Numbered from the stretch's first letter, positions 39,030 through 50,035 are shown. The stretch: 64,000 nucleotides of DNA from Fibrobacterales bacterium (GCA_051532055.1 JAOPTX010000057.1:1-64000), one strand, 5' to 3'. Made by a program: numbers and translations. Notes: generated by a model from the letters alone, not told the origin.

Positions 39030-40271
39030 ATGAACCTGTTTGAGTTTGAAAAAGAAGGGTACTACGGTGAATTTGGAGGGACCTTCCTTCCTGAGATATT
39101 AAAAACTACCGTGGATGAATTGAATATAGCCTATCATAACGCTATAGACGACCCTTCCTTTTGGCCAGAGTATGTGAGCTTGATGGAGGAGTATTGTGGA
39201 AGACCAACTCCTATTACTCATCTAAAAAACCTCTCTGAAAAACTCGGTGGCGCTCAAATATATGTGAAGCGCGAAGACTTAAATCATACCGGTGCTCATA
39301 AAGCAAATAATGTCATGGGCCAAGGGCTTCTGGTAAAACGCATGGGTAAAACTCGTGTTATTGCCGAAACAGGAGCAGGACAGCACGGTGTTGCCACGGC
39401 AACAATGGCTGCAAAATTTGGTTTTGAATGTACCATATATATGGGTGCTGTTGATGTTGCACGACAACGGCCCAATGTGTTCTGGATGGAACAGATGGGT
39501 GCCGAAGTTATTGCAGTAGAGTCGGGGCAAAAAACATTGAAAGATGCTATCAACGAATCTCTCAGAGATTGGGTATCTTCAATGGATAACACACACTACG
39601 TACTCGGTACGGCATGTGGATTTCACCCCTTTCCTGAAATGGTCTCCTATTTTCAATCAATCATTGGCGCAGAAGCATATCATCAGATTCAAAAATGTGC
39701 AGGTAAATTACCTGATAAAGTTTTTGCTTGTGTTGGCGGTGGTTCTAATGCAATGGGTATTTTTCAAGGCTTTCTCAATGAAAAGAATGTAGAACTTATT
39801 GCGGTTGAAGCTGGTGGAGAAGGGATGACTCCTGGAAACCATGCGGCACGTCTTGCAAAAGGTTCAAATGCTACTGTAGGAGTTGCTGGGTATAAGACTA
39901 TGTTTCTTCAAGATGACGATGGTCAGATGCAGCATACAAAATCTTGTGCTGCAGGTCTTGACTATGTTGGTGTTTCACCAATACTTGCACACCTCCATAA
40001 AGAGGGACGTGTACGTTTTGAGGCCGCACTCGATACCGAAGTAATCGAAGCCCTTAAGACTGTTATGAAAAATGAAGGAATAATTCCAGCGCTTGAGAGC
40101 TCACACGCATTTGCTCAAGCTCTTAAAGAAGCACCTCATATGGATACTGATCAAGTGATATTGATCAATCAATCAGGCCGTGGGGATAAAGATATCTTTA
40201 CCGTTGCTGATGCAATCCATGATCCAAAATGGGATGAGTTTCTCAGATTTAAAGTTTCTAACCTGAAGTAA
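39030..40271 (+). CDS. trpB: Tryptophan synthase beta chain
   Basis: KREDLNHTGAHK, IAETGAGQHGVATA, CVGGGSNAMG, AGLDY, EGIIPALESSHA, SGRGDKD. Confidence 0.97.
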   Translation: MNLFEFEKEGYYGEFGGTFLPEILKTTVDELNIAYHNAIDDPSFWPEYVSLMEEYCGRPTPITHLKNLSEKLGGAQIYVKREDLNHTGAHKANNVMGQGLLVKRMGKTRVIAETGAGQHGVATATMAAKFGFECTIYMGAVDVARQRPNVFWMEQMGAEVIAVESGQKTLKDAINESLRDWVSSMDNTHYVLGTACGFHPFPEMVSYFQSIIGAEAYHQIQKCAGKLPDKVFACVGGGSNAMGIFQGFLNEKNVELIAVEAGGEGMTPGNHAARLAKGSNATVGVAGYKTMFLQDDDGQMQHTKSCAAGLDYVGVSPILAHLHKEGRVRFEAALDTEVIEALKTVMKNEGIIPALESSHAFAQALKEAPHMDTDQVILINQSGRGDKDIFTVADAIHDPKWDEFLRFKVSNLK

Positions 40272-40274
40272 TAT

Positions 40275-41051
40275 ATGAGTTTATCTAAAGTAATTCAAGA
40301 TGCGGCAGCCGAAAAAGGTATTGCCCTTATGACCCACATCATATGTGGGTATCCATCATTTGATGACAATCGAATCATTCTCGATGAGATGGAAAAAGCC
40401 GGTGTTGAAGTTGTAGAAATGCAGTTTCCGTTCTCTGAGCCTATTGCTGATGGACCGGTATTTGCCCAAGCAAATCAAGTCTCAATAGAAAATGGCACAA
40501 CCATTGATCAGTGTTTTGCTTTTGTTAAAGAGTGTAGCGAGAAGTACTCCTTTCAAATTTTGATGATGGGCTATTATAATACGGTTTTCAAACGTGGTGA
40601 AGAAAAATTCTGTAAAGACCTCGTAGCTGCTGGTGGTGTTGGAATGATCGTTCCTGATGTTCCATTAGAAGAAGCCACTGATCTTCGTAAGTATGCGAAA
40701 GAGTCAAAGCTCTCTTTAGTGCAACTCGTTGCTCCAACAAATACAGAAGAGCGTATTGCTCATATTTGTACTCTTGCAAATGAACTCAATAGTATCGTCT
40801 ATGCTGTCGCTCGTAAGGGAGTTACTGGTAAAAAGACTGAACTTGATAGAGGTCTTGAAGGCTACTTGTCAACCATCAAAAGAACGCTCAATGAGCCTCT
40901 TGCTGTTGGGTTTGGCATTAAGTCAAAGGCTGATGTTGATTACCTCAGAGGTAAAGCTGAGTGTGCTGTTATTGGCACTGCAATGCTTACTGCCTATGAG
41001 AGTGGTGGTGCTGAAGGGGTTCGATCTCTTTTAACAGAATTACGACCCTAG
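40275..41051 (+). CDS. trpA: Tryptophan synthase alpha chain
   Basis: E..FPFSEPIADGPV, LMMGYYN, IVPDVP, GVTG, AVGFGI. Confidence 0.96.
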   Translation: MSLSKVIQDAAAEKGIALMTHIICGYPSFDDNRIILDEMEKAGVEVVEMQFPFSEPIADGPVFAQANQVSIENGTTIDQCFAFVKECSEKYSFQILMMGYYNTVFKRGEEKFCKDLVAAGGVGMIVPDVPLEEATDLRKYAKESKLSLVQLVAPTNTEERIAHICTLANELNSIVYAVARKGVTGKKTELDRGLEGYLSTIKRTLNEPLAVGFGIKSKADVDYLRGKAECAVIGTAMLTAYESGGAEGVRSLLTELRP

Positions 41052-41257
41052 TAATGAATACTGAGTACTTGCTCAAAGCATAAAAACACAAATAAAGTAA
41101 TTATCTATATACCCGCCTTTATTTTTTTGAGTAATTTGACCTATCGTATGTTCTATAAGGTGTAATGGGTACCAAAGTTTACAGAGTTGCGTGTTGTTAT
41201 CTTTTGCATATTAACTATCTTTGTCTTCAAATTGACCAGACATCAATGAGAGAGACA

Positions 41258-43255
41258 ATGAATACTTTTATAAAAAGAGTAACCGTCCCATTTTCAATAG
41301 CAATTCTTAGCTTATTTAATGGGTGTGATACCAGTACTCCAATTACTGGAAATGAAAATAATACAGACGAACCTACCCTAACCTTTTCAGATATTAGCGC
41401 ACCCAAGGGTTTTGCTTTTTCAGTGTACAACGAAAAAGGTCTGACCGTACGACTCAGTGTAGATAGTGAAGAAGGGATACTCCCTTATGAAGGTGCAACG
41501 ATTAGAGTTGTTGATGGATCGACAAATGATTTATTGGCTTCATTTATTACCGATGTAAATGGAGAAGTATTGTATGACGGCGCTAATCTTTCATCAGATG
41601 TAAATAAAGTAGGGATTTCAGTATACGCTGCTGGTATTCCAGAAGATACGTTATGGTATACCAAAGAGCAATTGACTACGCTCGATAGAATTGTAATTGT
41701 TAACCCTACAACGTATGATACTAATGAAGAACAGAGTACGGTTGCTGCAAAGGCTTCTGTTATTTCCCGCATCGAAGAAGTTGATGGAGTAGTGTATGGT
41801 AAAGAGAAACATCCAAGAAAAGATTTCCGATTAGTTTCTGGAGCACTCTTTGTTGAACGTTCTAAATTAGACCCAATACCTGCAGTATGGCAGGGGACTA
41901 AAGAGATTCATATTAATGCTCTTACCAATCCAAATGATAAAGATAAGATTTGGGCGCACTTTATGCATACTGGTGCTGGGTATCAAAATGCTTTTGGATA
42001 CTACTGGTATAAAAAATCTGAAAACCCTACAGGTGCACTGAGTGGTATCAATCGTGTCACACTCTTTGGTTTGGTTGATGGTTTTTATAGCATACGTAAA
42101 AGAGCCCCAAAAGCTCTCGTGGGTACGGTTACTGAATTTAAATCGAGACTTGCTGATGCAAATGATGAAATTGTAATCGGATTTTGGTTACATGCTGATT
42201 ATGAACAAGGTAACAAACCAACTAACCCGATTTGGTATTCTAATACTGCGTATAACGTTCAGGCACATGGTGCAGCAGAGGAGTTTCACCATGTAAGCTT
42301 TCCATCGCGATCAGATGAAACAGAATTTGTATTTGCTATCGAAGACCTTCGTACCTCAAATTCAGATGAAGACTACAATGACTTAATACTGATCATTGAT
42401 GATGTTGCTCCTTCAGAACCATGTGACATTCAAAACGATCCTAGTTGTATTACGTGTAGTGATTTACCATATAACAAAAAATCACGATTTGCCTTCGAAG
42501 ATCAATACCCTAACTATGGTGATTTCGACTATAACGATGTAGTTGTTGATGTTGATTATTCTTTTGTTTCACGCAAATGTAATCTTATGGGTAGTGCGAT
42601 ACTAGACAATACATACGGGGCAAAATATGCACCGCAACTCGTCAGTGGATCAGTGGCAGTAACGCCCGTTGCTAATGGTGCGCTCTATTCTCTTGGGTTT
42701 GCAGTGTCATTGGGTAACTCTTTCCCTGGAGCGACGGTAGTCGTTGATAATAGTGCTTCTGATGTTGTAGAAGTAGCAGATGAAGTGATCATTGAGTTCT
42801 TCGATTTTATGAGAGCACAGTTTGATCGTACTCCATCAACCATATTAGTGAATACCGATCCATTAGAGGGGAGCAATAGTGCACCAGCTTATTCAGCTAA
42901 CGCAACGTTTACCGCTACTATTACTTTTGCTCAGGGAACAGCAATTCCTGCAAATATGAAATCGGTACTTAAACCATTTATTTATTTTAATGATGATGTG
43001 AGCAAAGAGATTCATTTAAAAAATGGAATACTGACTGCGCGAGGTGTTGCACAAAACCTTGTAGGAACACCAGCCGAAGGTCATTCATACGAAGACGGTA
43101 ATGGAATTCCATGGGCAATTGAGCTTAATCAAAATACTTTGTATCCTGTAGAGTTCCAAGATTTTGCTGATGCGTATCCGTTCTATGCTTCATGGGTACA
43201 AACCGGTGAGCCACAAGATTGGGCTACACAGGGGAATGATTCAGTTCTATACTAA
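41258..43255 (+). CDS. LruC/DUF4842-like domain lipoprotein
   Basis: Lipobox LFNGC, GAGYQNAFGYY, FAIEDLR..SDEDYNDL, AFEDQYPNYGDFDYNDVV, EIHL, PWAI, YPVE...AYP. Confidence 0.85.
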   Translation: MNTFIKRVTVPFSIAILSLFNGCDTSTPITGNENNTDEPTLTFSDISAPKGFAFSVYNEKGLTVRLSVDSEEGILPYEGATIRVVDGSTNDLLASFITDVNGEVLYDGANLSSDVNKVGISVYAAGIPEDTLWYTKEQLTTLDRIVIVNPTTYDTNEEQSTVAAKASVISRIEEVDGVVYGKEKHPRKDFRLVSGALFVERSKLDPIPAVWQGTKEIHINALTNPNDKDKIWAHFMHTGAGYQNAFGYYWYKKSENPTGALSGINRVTLFGLVDGFYSIRKRAPKALVGTVTEFKSRLADANDEIVIGFWLHADYEQGNKPTNPIWYSNTAYNVQAHGAAEEFHHVSFPSRSDETEFVFAIEDLRTSNSDEDYNDLILIIDDVAPSEPCDIQNDPSCITCSDLPYNKKSRFAFEDQYPNYGDFDYNDVVVDVDYSFVSRKCNLMGSAILDNTYGAKYAPQLVSGSVAVTPVANGALYSLGFAVSLGNSFPGATVVVDNSASDVVEVADEVIIEFFDFMRAQFDRTPSTILVNTDPLEGSNSAPAYSANATFTATITFAQGTAIPANMKSVLKPFIYFNDDVSKEIHLKNGILTARGVAQNLVGTPAEGHSYEDGNGIPWAIELNQNTLYPVEFQDFADAYPFYASWVQTGEPQDWATQGNDSVLY

Positions 43256-43288
43256 TATATTCAAGAGAAAAGCTTAATAGAAAGTGTT

Positions 43289-43320
43289 TGAGCAGATAGA
43301 GATATCTGCTCATTTTTTTT
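43289..43320 (+). terminator. Intrinsic terminator
   Basis: tgagcagata-gaga-tatctgctca plus T8. Confidence 0.88.
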
Positions 43321-43362
43321 ACCCTTTGACTTATTCAAACTAATCTGTAAATGAATATTTCA

Positions 43363-44568
43363 TTACTCTTTAAGCAATCGAACCTTCCCAAAATACACCA
43401 CGCCAACAATACTCACGGCCACAAGTGTATAGATACAAATCTGAATCACGCTAAATCCGTTATCCAAGAACAGACTAAATATTACCGGGCTAATGGCTGT
43501 AGAAAATGCCGTGAGCATCGCTACAACACTCCGTATGGCGCCGATATTGGCACGGCCGTACTCTTCTACCCATAGAGTTGATTTGAGGTTGCTCCCAAAG
43601 CCGAGTGCAATACCACACATTCCGTAGTAGATTGCAGCAGACACTTGATGGTCGATAAAAATAAGCGCACTCAGTGCAATAATGGTGGGGATCAGCTGAA
43701 TGAGAAAAGAGTTCTTTGCTCCAAAGCGGTCAATAATAAACCCAATGATAAATCCTGATGTGATTCTAAGAATAGGAAAAAGTGAGAAAGCAGCGAGTCG
43801 CCAACCATCACTCCAGCCTTTGGCCTCCATTAAGGATTGTTGATGAATAAAGAAGCCGGTGAGTAAGAAAGGGGCGGCGAGTGTTACGGGGACTGCACAA
43901 TAAAAGAACGAATTTTTAAGGACATCACCTCGGGTCCAGCTGCGCGCATTGGGGGCATTGTCTTTTTGAAGGGCAAGAGGAAGGTTGAAGGTATCACTCT
44001 TCTTAAAGAGCATAAGGAGTGCTGGTGCAATAAATATCAGTGCATAGGCAAACCACGAGAGCGTATCACGCCAGCCAATCGTTGCGATGAGGTAAACGCC
44101 AACAGCACTAAAGAAGAACTCTCCGAGAGGGTGACCGAGGGTTGAGATACTGAGTGCTTTACCAGTGTCTTTTGTAAAAAATCGGGATGTGGCCGTCGCA
44201 CCAATGTGAGTCATGAGTGACTGACCAAAAAGTCTGAGCCCCATGAGTCCAAAAAAGAGCGCAATTATATGGGTCCCCTGCGAGAGGGTATAGGTCATTA
44301 CGCCAAGGCCCAGAAGAGAGATACCGCTAAAGAGTTTAAGGTTAACTCGATCAATATAAACCCCCGCTTGTGCCATGATAACGGCACTACTTATTGTTGC
44401 CAAAAAATAGTAGAAGGTCATTTCAGTTGAGCTAATATTAAATGCAATAATAAAAAAAGGAGTAAAAAGACCCAGAAAGAATGACTGGCCATACCCTGAT
44501 AAAAAGGCATGACTCATTGAAAAGGTAAATTGCTTTGGGTACGAGGCAAAAAGACGGAATATGTTCAT
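43363..44568 (-). CDS. MFS transporter
   Basis: About 12 hydrophobic segments, GQSFF, GVYIDR, GFIIDRFG, YGRANIGAIRS. Confidence 0.9.
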   Translation of the reverse strand: MNIFRLFASYPKQFTFSMSHAFLSGYGQSFFLGLFTPFFIIAFNISSTEMTFYYFLATISSAVIMAQAGVYIDRVNLKLFSGISLLGLGVMTYTLSQGTHIIALFFGLMGLRLFGQSLMTHIGATATSRFFTKDTGKALSISTLGHPLGEFFFSAVGVYLIATIGWRDTLSWFAYALIFIAPALLMLFKKSDTFNLPLALQKDNAPNARSWTRGDVLKNSFFYCAVPVTLAAPFLLTGFFIHQQSLMEAKGWSDGWRLAAFSLFPILRITSGFIIGFIIDRFGAKNSFLIQLIPTIIALSALIFIDHQVSAAIYYGMCGIALGFGSNLKSTLWVEEYGRANIGAIRSVVAMLTAFSTAISPVIFSLFLDNGFSVIQICIYTLVAVSIVGVVYFGKVRLLKE

Positions 44569-44638
44569 GGCGGCAAATGTAGAAAATTACCCAGCCATAC
44601 CTCTTATGATTGCTTTACTGATAGAGAATAGTAGCACT

Positions 44639-45898
44639 CTAATCGACAAAGGTTCTCATGAGGTAAAAAATACCAACCTGTATGTAGTAATCATAGGCGG
44701 CAATGAAGGTCTCATTGGTGAGTCTATCGGTGGGGGTTGATTTAAGGTCTTCACTCTTATGTCCGCGATAGGAAATACCGGTATCAAATTGGATGCCCAT
44801 TTTTTCTTTAATGAGAAAATGGGTTGCAACTCCAATGTGCGCTCCTTTCATGGTAGAGAGTTCAAAAGGAGGTGACTTTTGAGGAGAGTTCCGCTTAAAC
44901 TCAGAGTCCCAAAAAGTGTAGCGGAGGCCGAAAACGAGTTTTGGTGCGATTTCTATGATACCCCAAGGACGGAAGTATTTAGAGAGGTTAATATTAATAC
45001 CGAGTTCGTAGCGACGAAACGTCCAGTCACTAATATCTTGATGCCATGCAGCATTGTTATCGCTATAGCGTATAGAGTAATCACTATAATTTAACGAAAG
45101 GGATCCGCCAATAAATTCAGCATATTGAACACCAAATTGAATATTGTGAAGGGGGCGGCCAATGATACTTTTTAGAACGGGGGCATCAGCAAGAGGTTTA
45201 CCTCTATCAAGCCAGTTCCACACATACCAAGGGTCTCCAGAGTTGTCTGCAGTAGTAATTGCACCACCTTCAGGGGGGCTAAATAATCCTGATGTGTAGC
45301 CAATTCCATACAAGAAATAGAGGTCATAGGCAATGCGCTCGTTGTAAAAGCTATTAGGTGTCTCTTTTGCTATACGTTTTTGTGCATCGGTGAGTTTTGT
45401 CTCTTGTTGTGCCATAAAAAGAGTTTGAGCAATTTCGGTGTAGATATCTCGAGGGTCGATACTTGCAATAGAAATTAGGGCTTTTGGCTCATGATATCCC
45501 CCGTGAAAGAGTACTGCCCATGTTGTATTCTCTTCTTGGTAGAGGTAGATGAGGTAATTGTTTTCATTTTCTCTGAGGATTGTACGAACGCTATCATTTC
45601 TTGCACCAAGGTGTTTCGGTGAGATAACAGGGTAAATATTTTTAGAAATCCATTCCATATAGGTCATGAATGGGACTGATCGTTCAAAATTACCGGCCCG
45701 TCGACACTCAATACGAGATATAAAGGTGTTTTGGCGAGCCATCTCTCTACAGAGTTCTTTAGCTTTGAGCCCAGTCACTTTTGTTTCCACCGTAAAAATG
45801 TCGGCACCTTTATAAAAAGGGTAGGGGTCTTTAAATATCACCGTCGCAGATTGAACAGAGGTTATAAGGACTAAAAAAATAAGCAGAAATGTTTTCAT
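44639..45898 (-). CDS. Hypothetical exported protein with probable C-terminal beta-barrel
   Basis: Signal peptide; aromatic alternating strands in the C-terminal half. Confidence 0.7.
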   Translation of the reverse strand: MKTFLLIFLVLITSVQSATVIFKDPYPFYKGADIFTVETKVTGLKAKELCREMARQNTFISRIECRRAGNFERSVPFMTYMEWISKNIYPVISPKHLGARNDSVRTILRENENNYLIYLYQEENTTWAVLFHGGYHEPKALISIASIDPRDIYTEIAQTLFMAQQETKLTDAQKRIAKETPNSFYNERIAYDLYFLYGIGYTSGLFSPPEGGAITTADNSGDPWYVWNWLDRGKPLADAPVLKSIIGRPLHNIQFGVQYAEFIGGSLSLNYSDYSIRYSDNNAAWHQDISDWTFRRYELGININLSKYFRPWGIIEIAPKLVFGLRYTFWDSEFKRNSPQKSPPFELSTMKGAHIGVATHFLIKEKMGIQFDTGISYRGHKSEDLKSTPTDRLTNETFIAAYDYYIQVGIFYLMRTFVD

Positions 45899-46599
45899 TG
45901 CTTACCCCCTGTTAAAAGAGGGGTTTGAGAAAAGGCGCTCGTTAATGCTTTAAAAATAAGTTGATTAATAGCACGCCTGGTGACGGGTGATTGAGAGGGC
46001 GCTTGCGCGTCAGCATATCCATAACTTATATAGTGTTGTCGGTTATTATCCCAGAGGGACCAACTCATTACGATGGAGAGGTGGTCTGCGTTTGAGTTCC
46101 CTTCTTTATTCGAGAGGGTATAGTCAAAAAGTTCTTCACCACTGAGGTCATAGCCAAGAGTACATTCATACACAAAGAATATAAGGTCAGGCGTAGTACT
46201 CGAGTCAATAGCAATAGCGGTTCCTTGAGCGGGCCATGCCGCTTTAACATAGGTGTTATTGTGAATCTTCATAGATTCGGGGCGGTCTAAGAGTTTGGTA
46301 ATAGAATCCGGTAGTGTAATGATAGGGTGAGCAAGAGCAGCAATAGTGCTTTTTTGAATAGTGTTGTTTATGATAGGGGCTAGAGAGTCGTGAAGAAATT
46401 TTTCAGGAATATTGAGCTTTCTTGCAATAATCTTATAATCTTGAATAATCAAATTGTATTTGAGCGGAACGATACCAATGGTAGTATTCTTCGGTATCGT
46501 AGAATATCCTGGATGAGATATTGATGACTGTGATGCACATGAAGAAACAATGAGTGATAGAGTCAAATATAAAGTGAATGTTATTAATAGAGTACGCAT
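45895..46599 (-). CDS. Hypothetical lipoprotein
   Basis: Lipobox IVSSC; 4-nt overlap with next gene. Confidence 0.75.
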   Translation of the reverse strand: MRTLLITFTLYLTLSLIVSSCASQSSISHPGYSTIPKNTTIGIVPLKYNLIIQDYKIIARKLNIPEKFLHDSLAPIINNTIQKSTIAALAHPIITLPDSITKLLDRPESMKIHNNTYVKAAWPAQGTAIAIDSSTTPDLIFFVYECTLGYDLSGEELFDYTLSNKEGNSNADHLSIVMSWSLWDNNRQHYISYGYADAQAPSQSPVTRRAINQLIFKALTSAFSQTPLLTGGKQ

Positions 46600-46616
46600 T
46601 CTTTAAGTATACGAAA

Positions 46617-47183
46617 TTACTCCTTAAAATCAATGAAAGAACGTGAAGGTTGTGGAGTTTGCTGAGCAGAATACTTACCTGAATAGAATTCCACCTCTCC
46701 CTTGGGTTCAACAAAGTAGACTTGCCCTATACGTACATTAGGGTAAACTTTTACAGGATGCACAACACAAATCTCAAGAGTCCAAGTAGGGTAGTGGCAG
46801 GTTAATTCACTTCCTGTCTTCTCAAAGCCCCAGCCGATATCGCCAAAACCAGCTGTAATATGAGTATTTATTCCCAGTCGTCCGATAGAGCTTCGGCCTT
46901 CAAACATAGGTATATAGCTGTGGGAGGTTGCTGTTTCATTGGTCATGCCAATGTAGAGAATATTGGGCTGTAATATAAATCCCTCTTCAGGGATTTTGAT
47001 CGTTTTGGTTGGATTTTCTTTTTTCATGTCAAGATAGTCGCATCCAGAGAGGTCATATATCAATAACGTTTCATTGAGAGTTACATCAATAGAGTTTGGT
47101 GATATATGCTTTTCTATGAAAGGGCGAATAGTGACATCACCCTTCTCTTGTGCTTTTTTTATCTCGTCACGAGTCAGAAACAT
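46617..47183 (-). CDS. dcd: dCTP deaminase
   Basis: ISPNSIDVTL, EGRSSIGRLG..TH.TAGFGDIG, TLEI, IGQ, GKY..Q. Confidence 0.93.
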   Translation of the reverse strand: MFLTRDEIKKAQEKGDVTIRPFIEKHISPNSIDVTLNETLLIYDLSGCDYLDMKKENPTKTIKIPEEGFILQPNILYIGMTNETATSHSYIPMFEGRSSIGRLGINTHITAGFGDIGWGFEKTGSELTCHYPTWTLEICVVHPVKVYPNVRIGQVYFVEPKGEVEFYSGKYSAQQTPQPSRSFIDFKE

Positions 47184-47864
47184 CTAGGCTCCATATTGTT
47201 TACGATATTCGAGAATATTCTCGAGGCTCTCCTCTTTAATAGTAAACTTTTCACGGTTAGTTGTGTCTGAAATAAATGCAATGATGTCTAAAATAGTTAC
47301 AATTGAAGCTGTTTTAATGCCAAAATCAGATTCAATTTTAGTGAGAGCTGATACACCACCCTCAACTTTTTCCATACGGTCGACTGAAATCAAGAGGCCT
47401 ACAACAGAGAAATTTTCAATTTCTTTAACAATTTCGAAGGTCTCACGAATTGAGGTTCCCGCAGTCGTTACATCTTCTACGATAAGAGACTTCGCTGGTT
47501 CTGTATATTTATACCCCACAAGGCTACCGCCTTCCCCGTGATCTTTGGCTTCTTTACGGTTAAAGGTGTACGTAACATCAGTATCATATTCGCTGCTCAG
47601 TGCCATTGCAGTGGCAACACTCAGTGGGATACCTTTGTAGGCAGGGCCAAAGAGGTTATCAAATGACGTTCCAAATGATTCTGTTGCTGCTTTGGCATAA
47701 TAACGTGCAAGAGTGTTCATTTGTGAGCCGGTTTTATATTCACCAGTATTAATGAAAAATGGTGTTTTGCGACCACTCTTCGTAGTAAAATCACCAAATT
47801 TAAGAACAGAACACTGTAAAAGAAATTCAATAAATTCTTGTTTGTAAGGGGCTAGGGCTGTCAT
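47184..47864 (-). CDS. pyrE: Orotate phosphoribosyltransferase
   Basis: LKFGDFTTKSGRKTPFF, FGPAYKGIPL, NRKEAKDHGEGG, IVEDVTTAGTS; start likely ATG 47864. Confidence 0.96.
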   Translation of the reverse strand: MTALAPYKQEFIEFLLQCSVLKFGDFTTKSGRKTPFFINTGEYKTGSQMNTLARYYAKAATESFGTSFDNLFGPAYKGIPLSVATAMALSSEYDTDVTYTFNRKEAKDHGEGGSLVGYKYTEPAKSLIVEDVTTAGTSIRETFEIVKEIENFSVVGLLISVDRMEKVEGGVSALTKIESDFGIKTASIVTILDIIAFISDTTNREKFTIKEESLENILEYRKQYGA

Positions 47865-48056
47865 TTTACTCTCTATCAAAATTATGCAGATTAAACGTAA
47901 AAATTTACCCATGAATTTGTAAGTGGGCCAGAGGATTGTTGGGGCATAATTGAGCAAAAAATGACTCGTTTTACGCTGTTTTTATCAAAAACCCTTACAA
48001 TGCCGGTTCTAAAGTGAATTAATAATTACATTTATTAAAACTTTGAAATTGATACT

Positions 48057-49247
48057 ATGAGCACCATAAAAATTCATACTGAAGAGGTGATTAATCACGA
48101 TTACGAAAGAACCATGGGTGACTTCTTTCTCGATTTGGTTAAAAAAGTTGTCTCAGATCCCGAGATTCGTCATGATTGGCTCCCTCGTTACGCTCAATAC
48201 TCAAAATTTATAAGTTCAGCTAAATATAAACCCGTTGTACCCATTAAAACGGTGGTTAATTTCCCTGATAAAAGTATCCCCCTTTATATGAACAGTCCAG
48301 TTATTTTGGCTGCGGGTTCTAACAAATATGGGGAAAATCTACCTGATTTCTCAAATCTTGGATTTGGTGGTGTTGCTGTGGGAACTGTTACCCGTAGTGA
48401 ACGTGATGGCAATTTGTTTCGCCCACGTGTAGCAATGATCACCGCAGATAGAGCCATAAATAATAGTATGGGTCTCAATAATCCTGGCGTAGATGTTATA
48501 TCAAAAATTGTTGATCGTGACCTTATTAAAGCTCACAAGCGTGGTCTTGCTATTGGAATCTCTATGGCTGAATCTCCAGAGGTTACCAATGAGGAAGAGC
48601 AACTTGAACAAATGCTTTATACGTTTAGAAAAGCGTATAATGTCGCCGATTATATCGAAATTAATGTCTCATGTCCTAATACTGGAGTTCGCAGAACTGA
48701 TGAAAACACACAGTTTCTTTCTAAAGTATTGAGTGAGATTATGGAGATTCGTAAAAACCTCCCCATTCGTAAAGCGGTCTATTGTAAACTTTCACCGGAC
48801 ATGAATGAACAACAGTTTATTCAAACACTCAAAGTAATTCGAGATAACGGTATTAATGGATTGATTCTCTTTAATACTTTTCCGGGTGCAAAATCAAAAT
48901 TTCTTAATCTGAATACTCCTCAAGAAAAATTTACCCCCGTTACAGCGTCTGGTGGATTTGGAGGCCTTTCGGGGCGACCACTCTATATAAATACTTATCG
49001 AGCAGTAGAGTATATTAAGAAAGAGTATCCAGAAATGTCGGTTATCGCTTCAGGTGGTATCGATCATGGAAGAAAAGTATTTGACCTTCTTGAATTAGGA
49101 GTTGATGCGGTTCAGTGCTACTCAGTATTGGGCTACCGTATGGACCCAATAAGCAAAATTAATCATGAACTCTCTCTTGCACTCAAAGAGAACGGCTACT
49201 GCTCTCTCGATGAGTACTACGAAAAGAAGAATAACCCAGAATATTAA
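48057..49247 (+). CDS. pyrD: Dihydroorotate dehydrogenase
   Basis: PVILAAG, GTVT...GN..PR, INNSMGLNNPG, EINVSCPNT, KLSPD, GGLSGRPL, IASGGI. Confidence 0.9.
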   Translation: MSTIKIHTEEVINHDYERTMGDFFLDLVKKVVSDPEIRHDWLPRYAQYSKFISSAKYKPVVPIKTVVNFPDKSIPLYMNSPVILAAGSNKYGENLPDFSNLGFGGVAVGTVTRSERDGNLFRPRVAMITADRAINNSMGLNNPGVDVISKIVDRDLIKAHKRGLAIGISMAESPEVTNEEEQLEQMLYTFRKAYNVADYIEINVSCPNTGVRRTDENTQFLSKVLSEIMEIRKNLPIRKAVYCKLSPDMNEQQFIQTLKVIRDNGINGLILFNTFPGAKSKFLNLNTPQEKFTPVTASGGFGGLSGRPLYINTYRAVEYIKKEYPEMSVIASGGIDHGRKVFDLLELGVDAVQCYSVLGYRMDPISKINHELSLALKENGYCSLDEYYEKKNNPEY

Positions 49248-49249
49248 CA

Positions 49250-50032
49250 TTGGTGAGTATTTCTATGAGTAAGGCCCTACTATTAATCGTATTTCTTGTT
49301 TCATTGAGTTTCTCTAAATCTCTATGGGTTGGAGTGACTTTTAAAACGTCTCGTCATCTTATTGAAGGTAAGAGAGTCGACGCTCTCAAAGTTGATAAGT
49401 TACTTCCGCAGTCTGATGCCATTAATTCGGGTATTGAGCCGGGTGACTTACTCATCAGAGTAAATGGTACGATTATTAATGGTGTTCGTTCTGTTGCGAA
49501 GGCAATCAAAGGAAAAAAAGAGGGGAGCGTACTTACGTTCACTCTTATTCGTGAAAACAACGAGTTGACCAAAAAATTAGCTCTGACACCACGACCCGAT
49601 AATGTCTCTCAGTGGGTCGGGTCACCCATAGGATCAAAGTCTAAAAAGATTTCGGGCAATTTTTACGCTCATAAGACTCAGAAGCAGAAACAGCCAAAAC
49701 TGACCCTCCTCGATTTCTGGGCAACCTGGTGTGGGCCTTGTAGACAGACTTTGCCCATTGTGGCTGAGCTTTACAAAAAGTACGAACCAAAAGGTTTCGA
49801 GACTATTGGTATTAGTACGGAGTCTTTAAAAACCTTGCAGACTTTTCAATCAAAGCATAGTGCCCCTTATCCACTTCTCAATGATGCAAGTGGGCAAGTC
49901 AGCGCATTCTACGGAGTGAAAGCACTTCCGACTTTGGCGTTTATTGACGCTGATGGGTATATTGTAAAAGTGTTTACCGGTGCGCCATCAAAGAGTGTCC
50001 TTGAGTCAGTTATAAAAAAATACTTGGACTAA
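49250..50032 (+). CDS. PDZ + TlpA-type thiol-disulfide oxidoreductase
   Basis: SGIEPGDLLIRVNG (PDZ), LDFWATWCGPC, YGVKALPT. Confidence 0.9.
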   Translation: MVSISMSKALLLIVFLVSLSFSKSLWVGVTFKTSRHLIEGKRVDALKVDKLLPQSDAINSGIEPGDLLIRVNGTIINGVRSVAKAIKGKKEGSVLTFTLIRENNELTKKLALTPRPDNVSQWVGSPIGSKSKKISGNFYAHKTQKQKQPKLTLLDFWATWCGPCRQTLPIVAELYKKYEPKGFETIGISTESLKTLQTFQSKHSAPYPLLNDASGQVSAFYGVKALPTLAFIDADGYIVKVFTGAPSKSVLESVIKKYLD

Positions 50033-50035
50033 CTT

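Noticed and set aside
46617..47183. dCTP deaminase as an anti-phage nucleotide-depletion enzyme
   Set aside because: It is the housekeeping trimeric Dcd type, abutting pyrE in a pyrimidine cluster far from the island.
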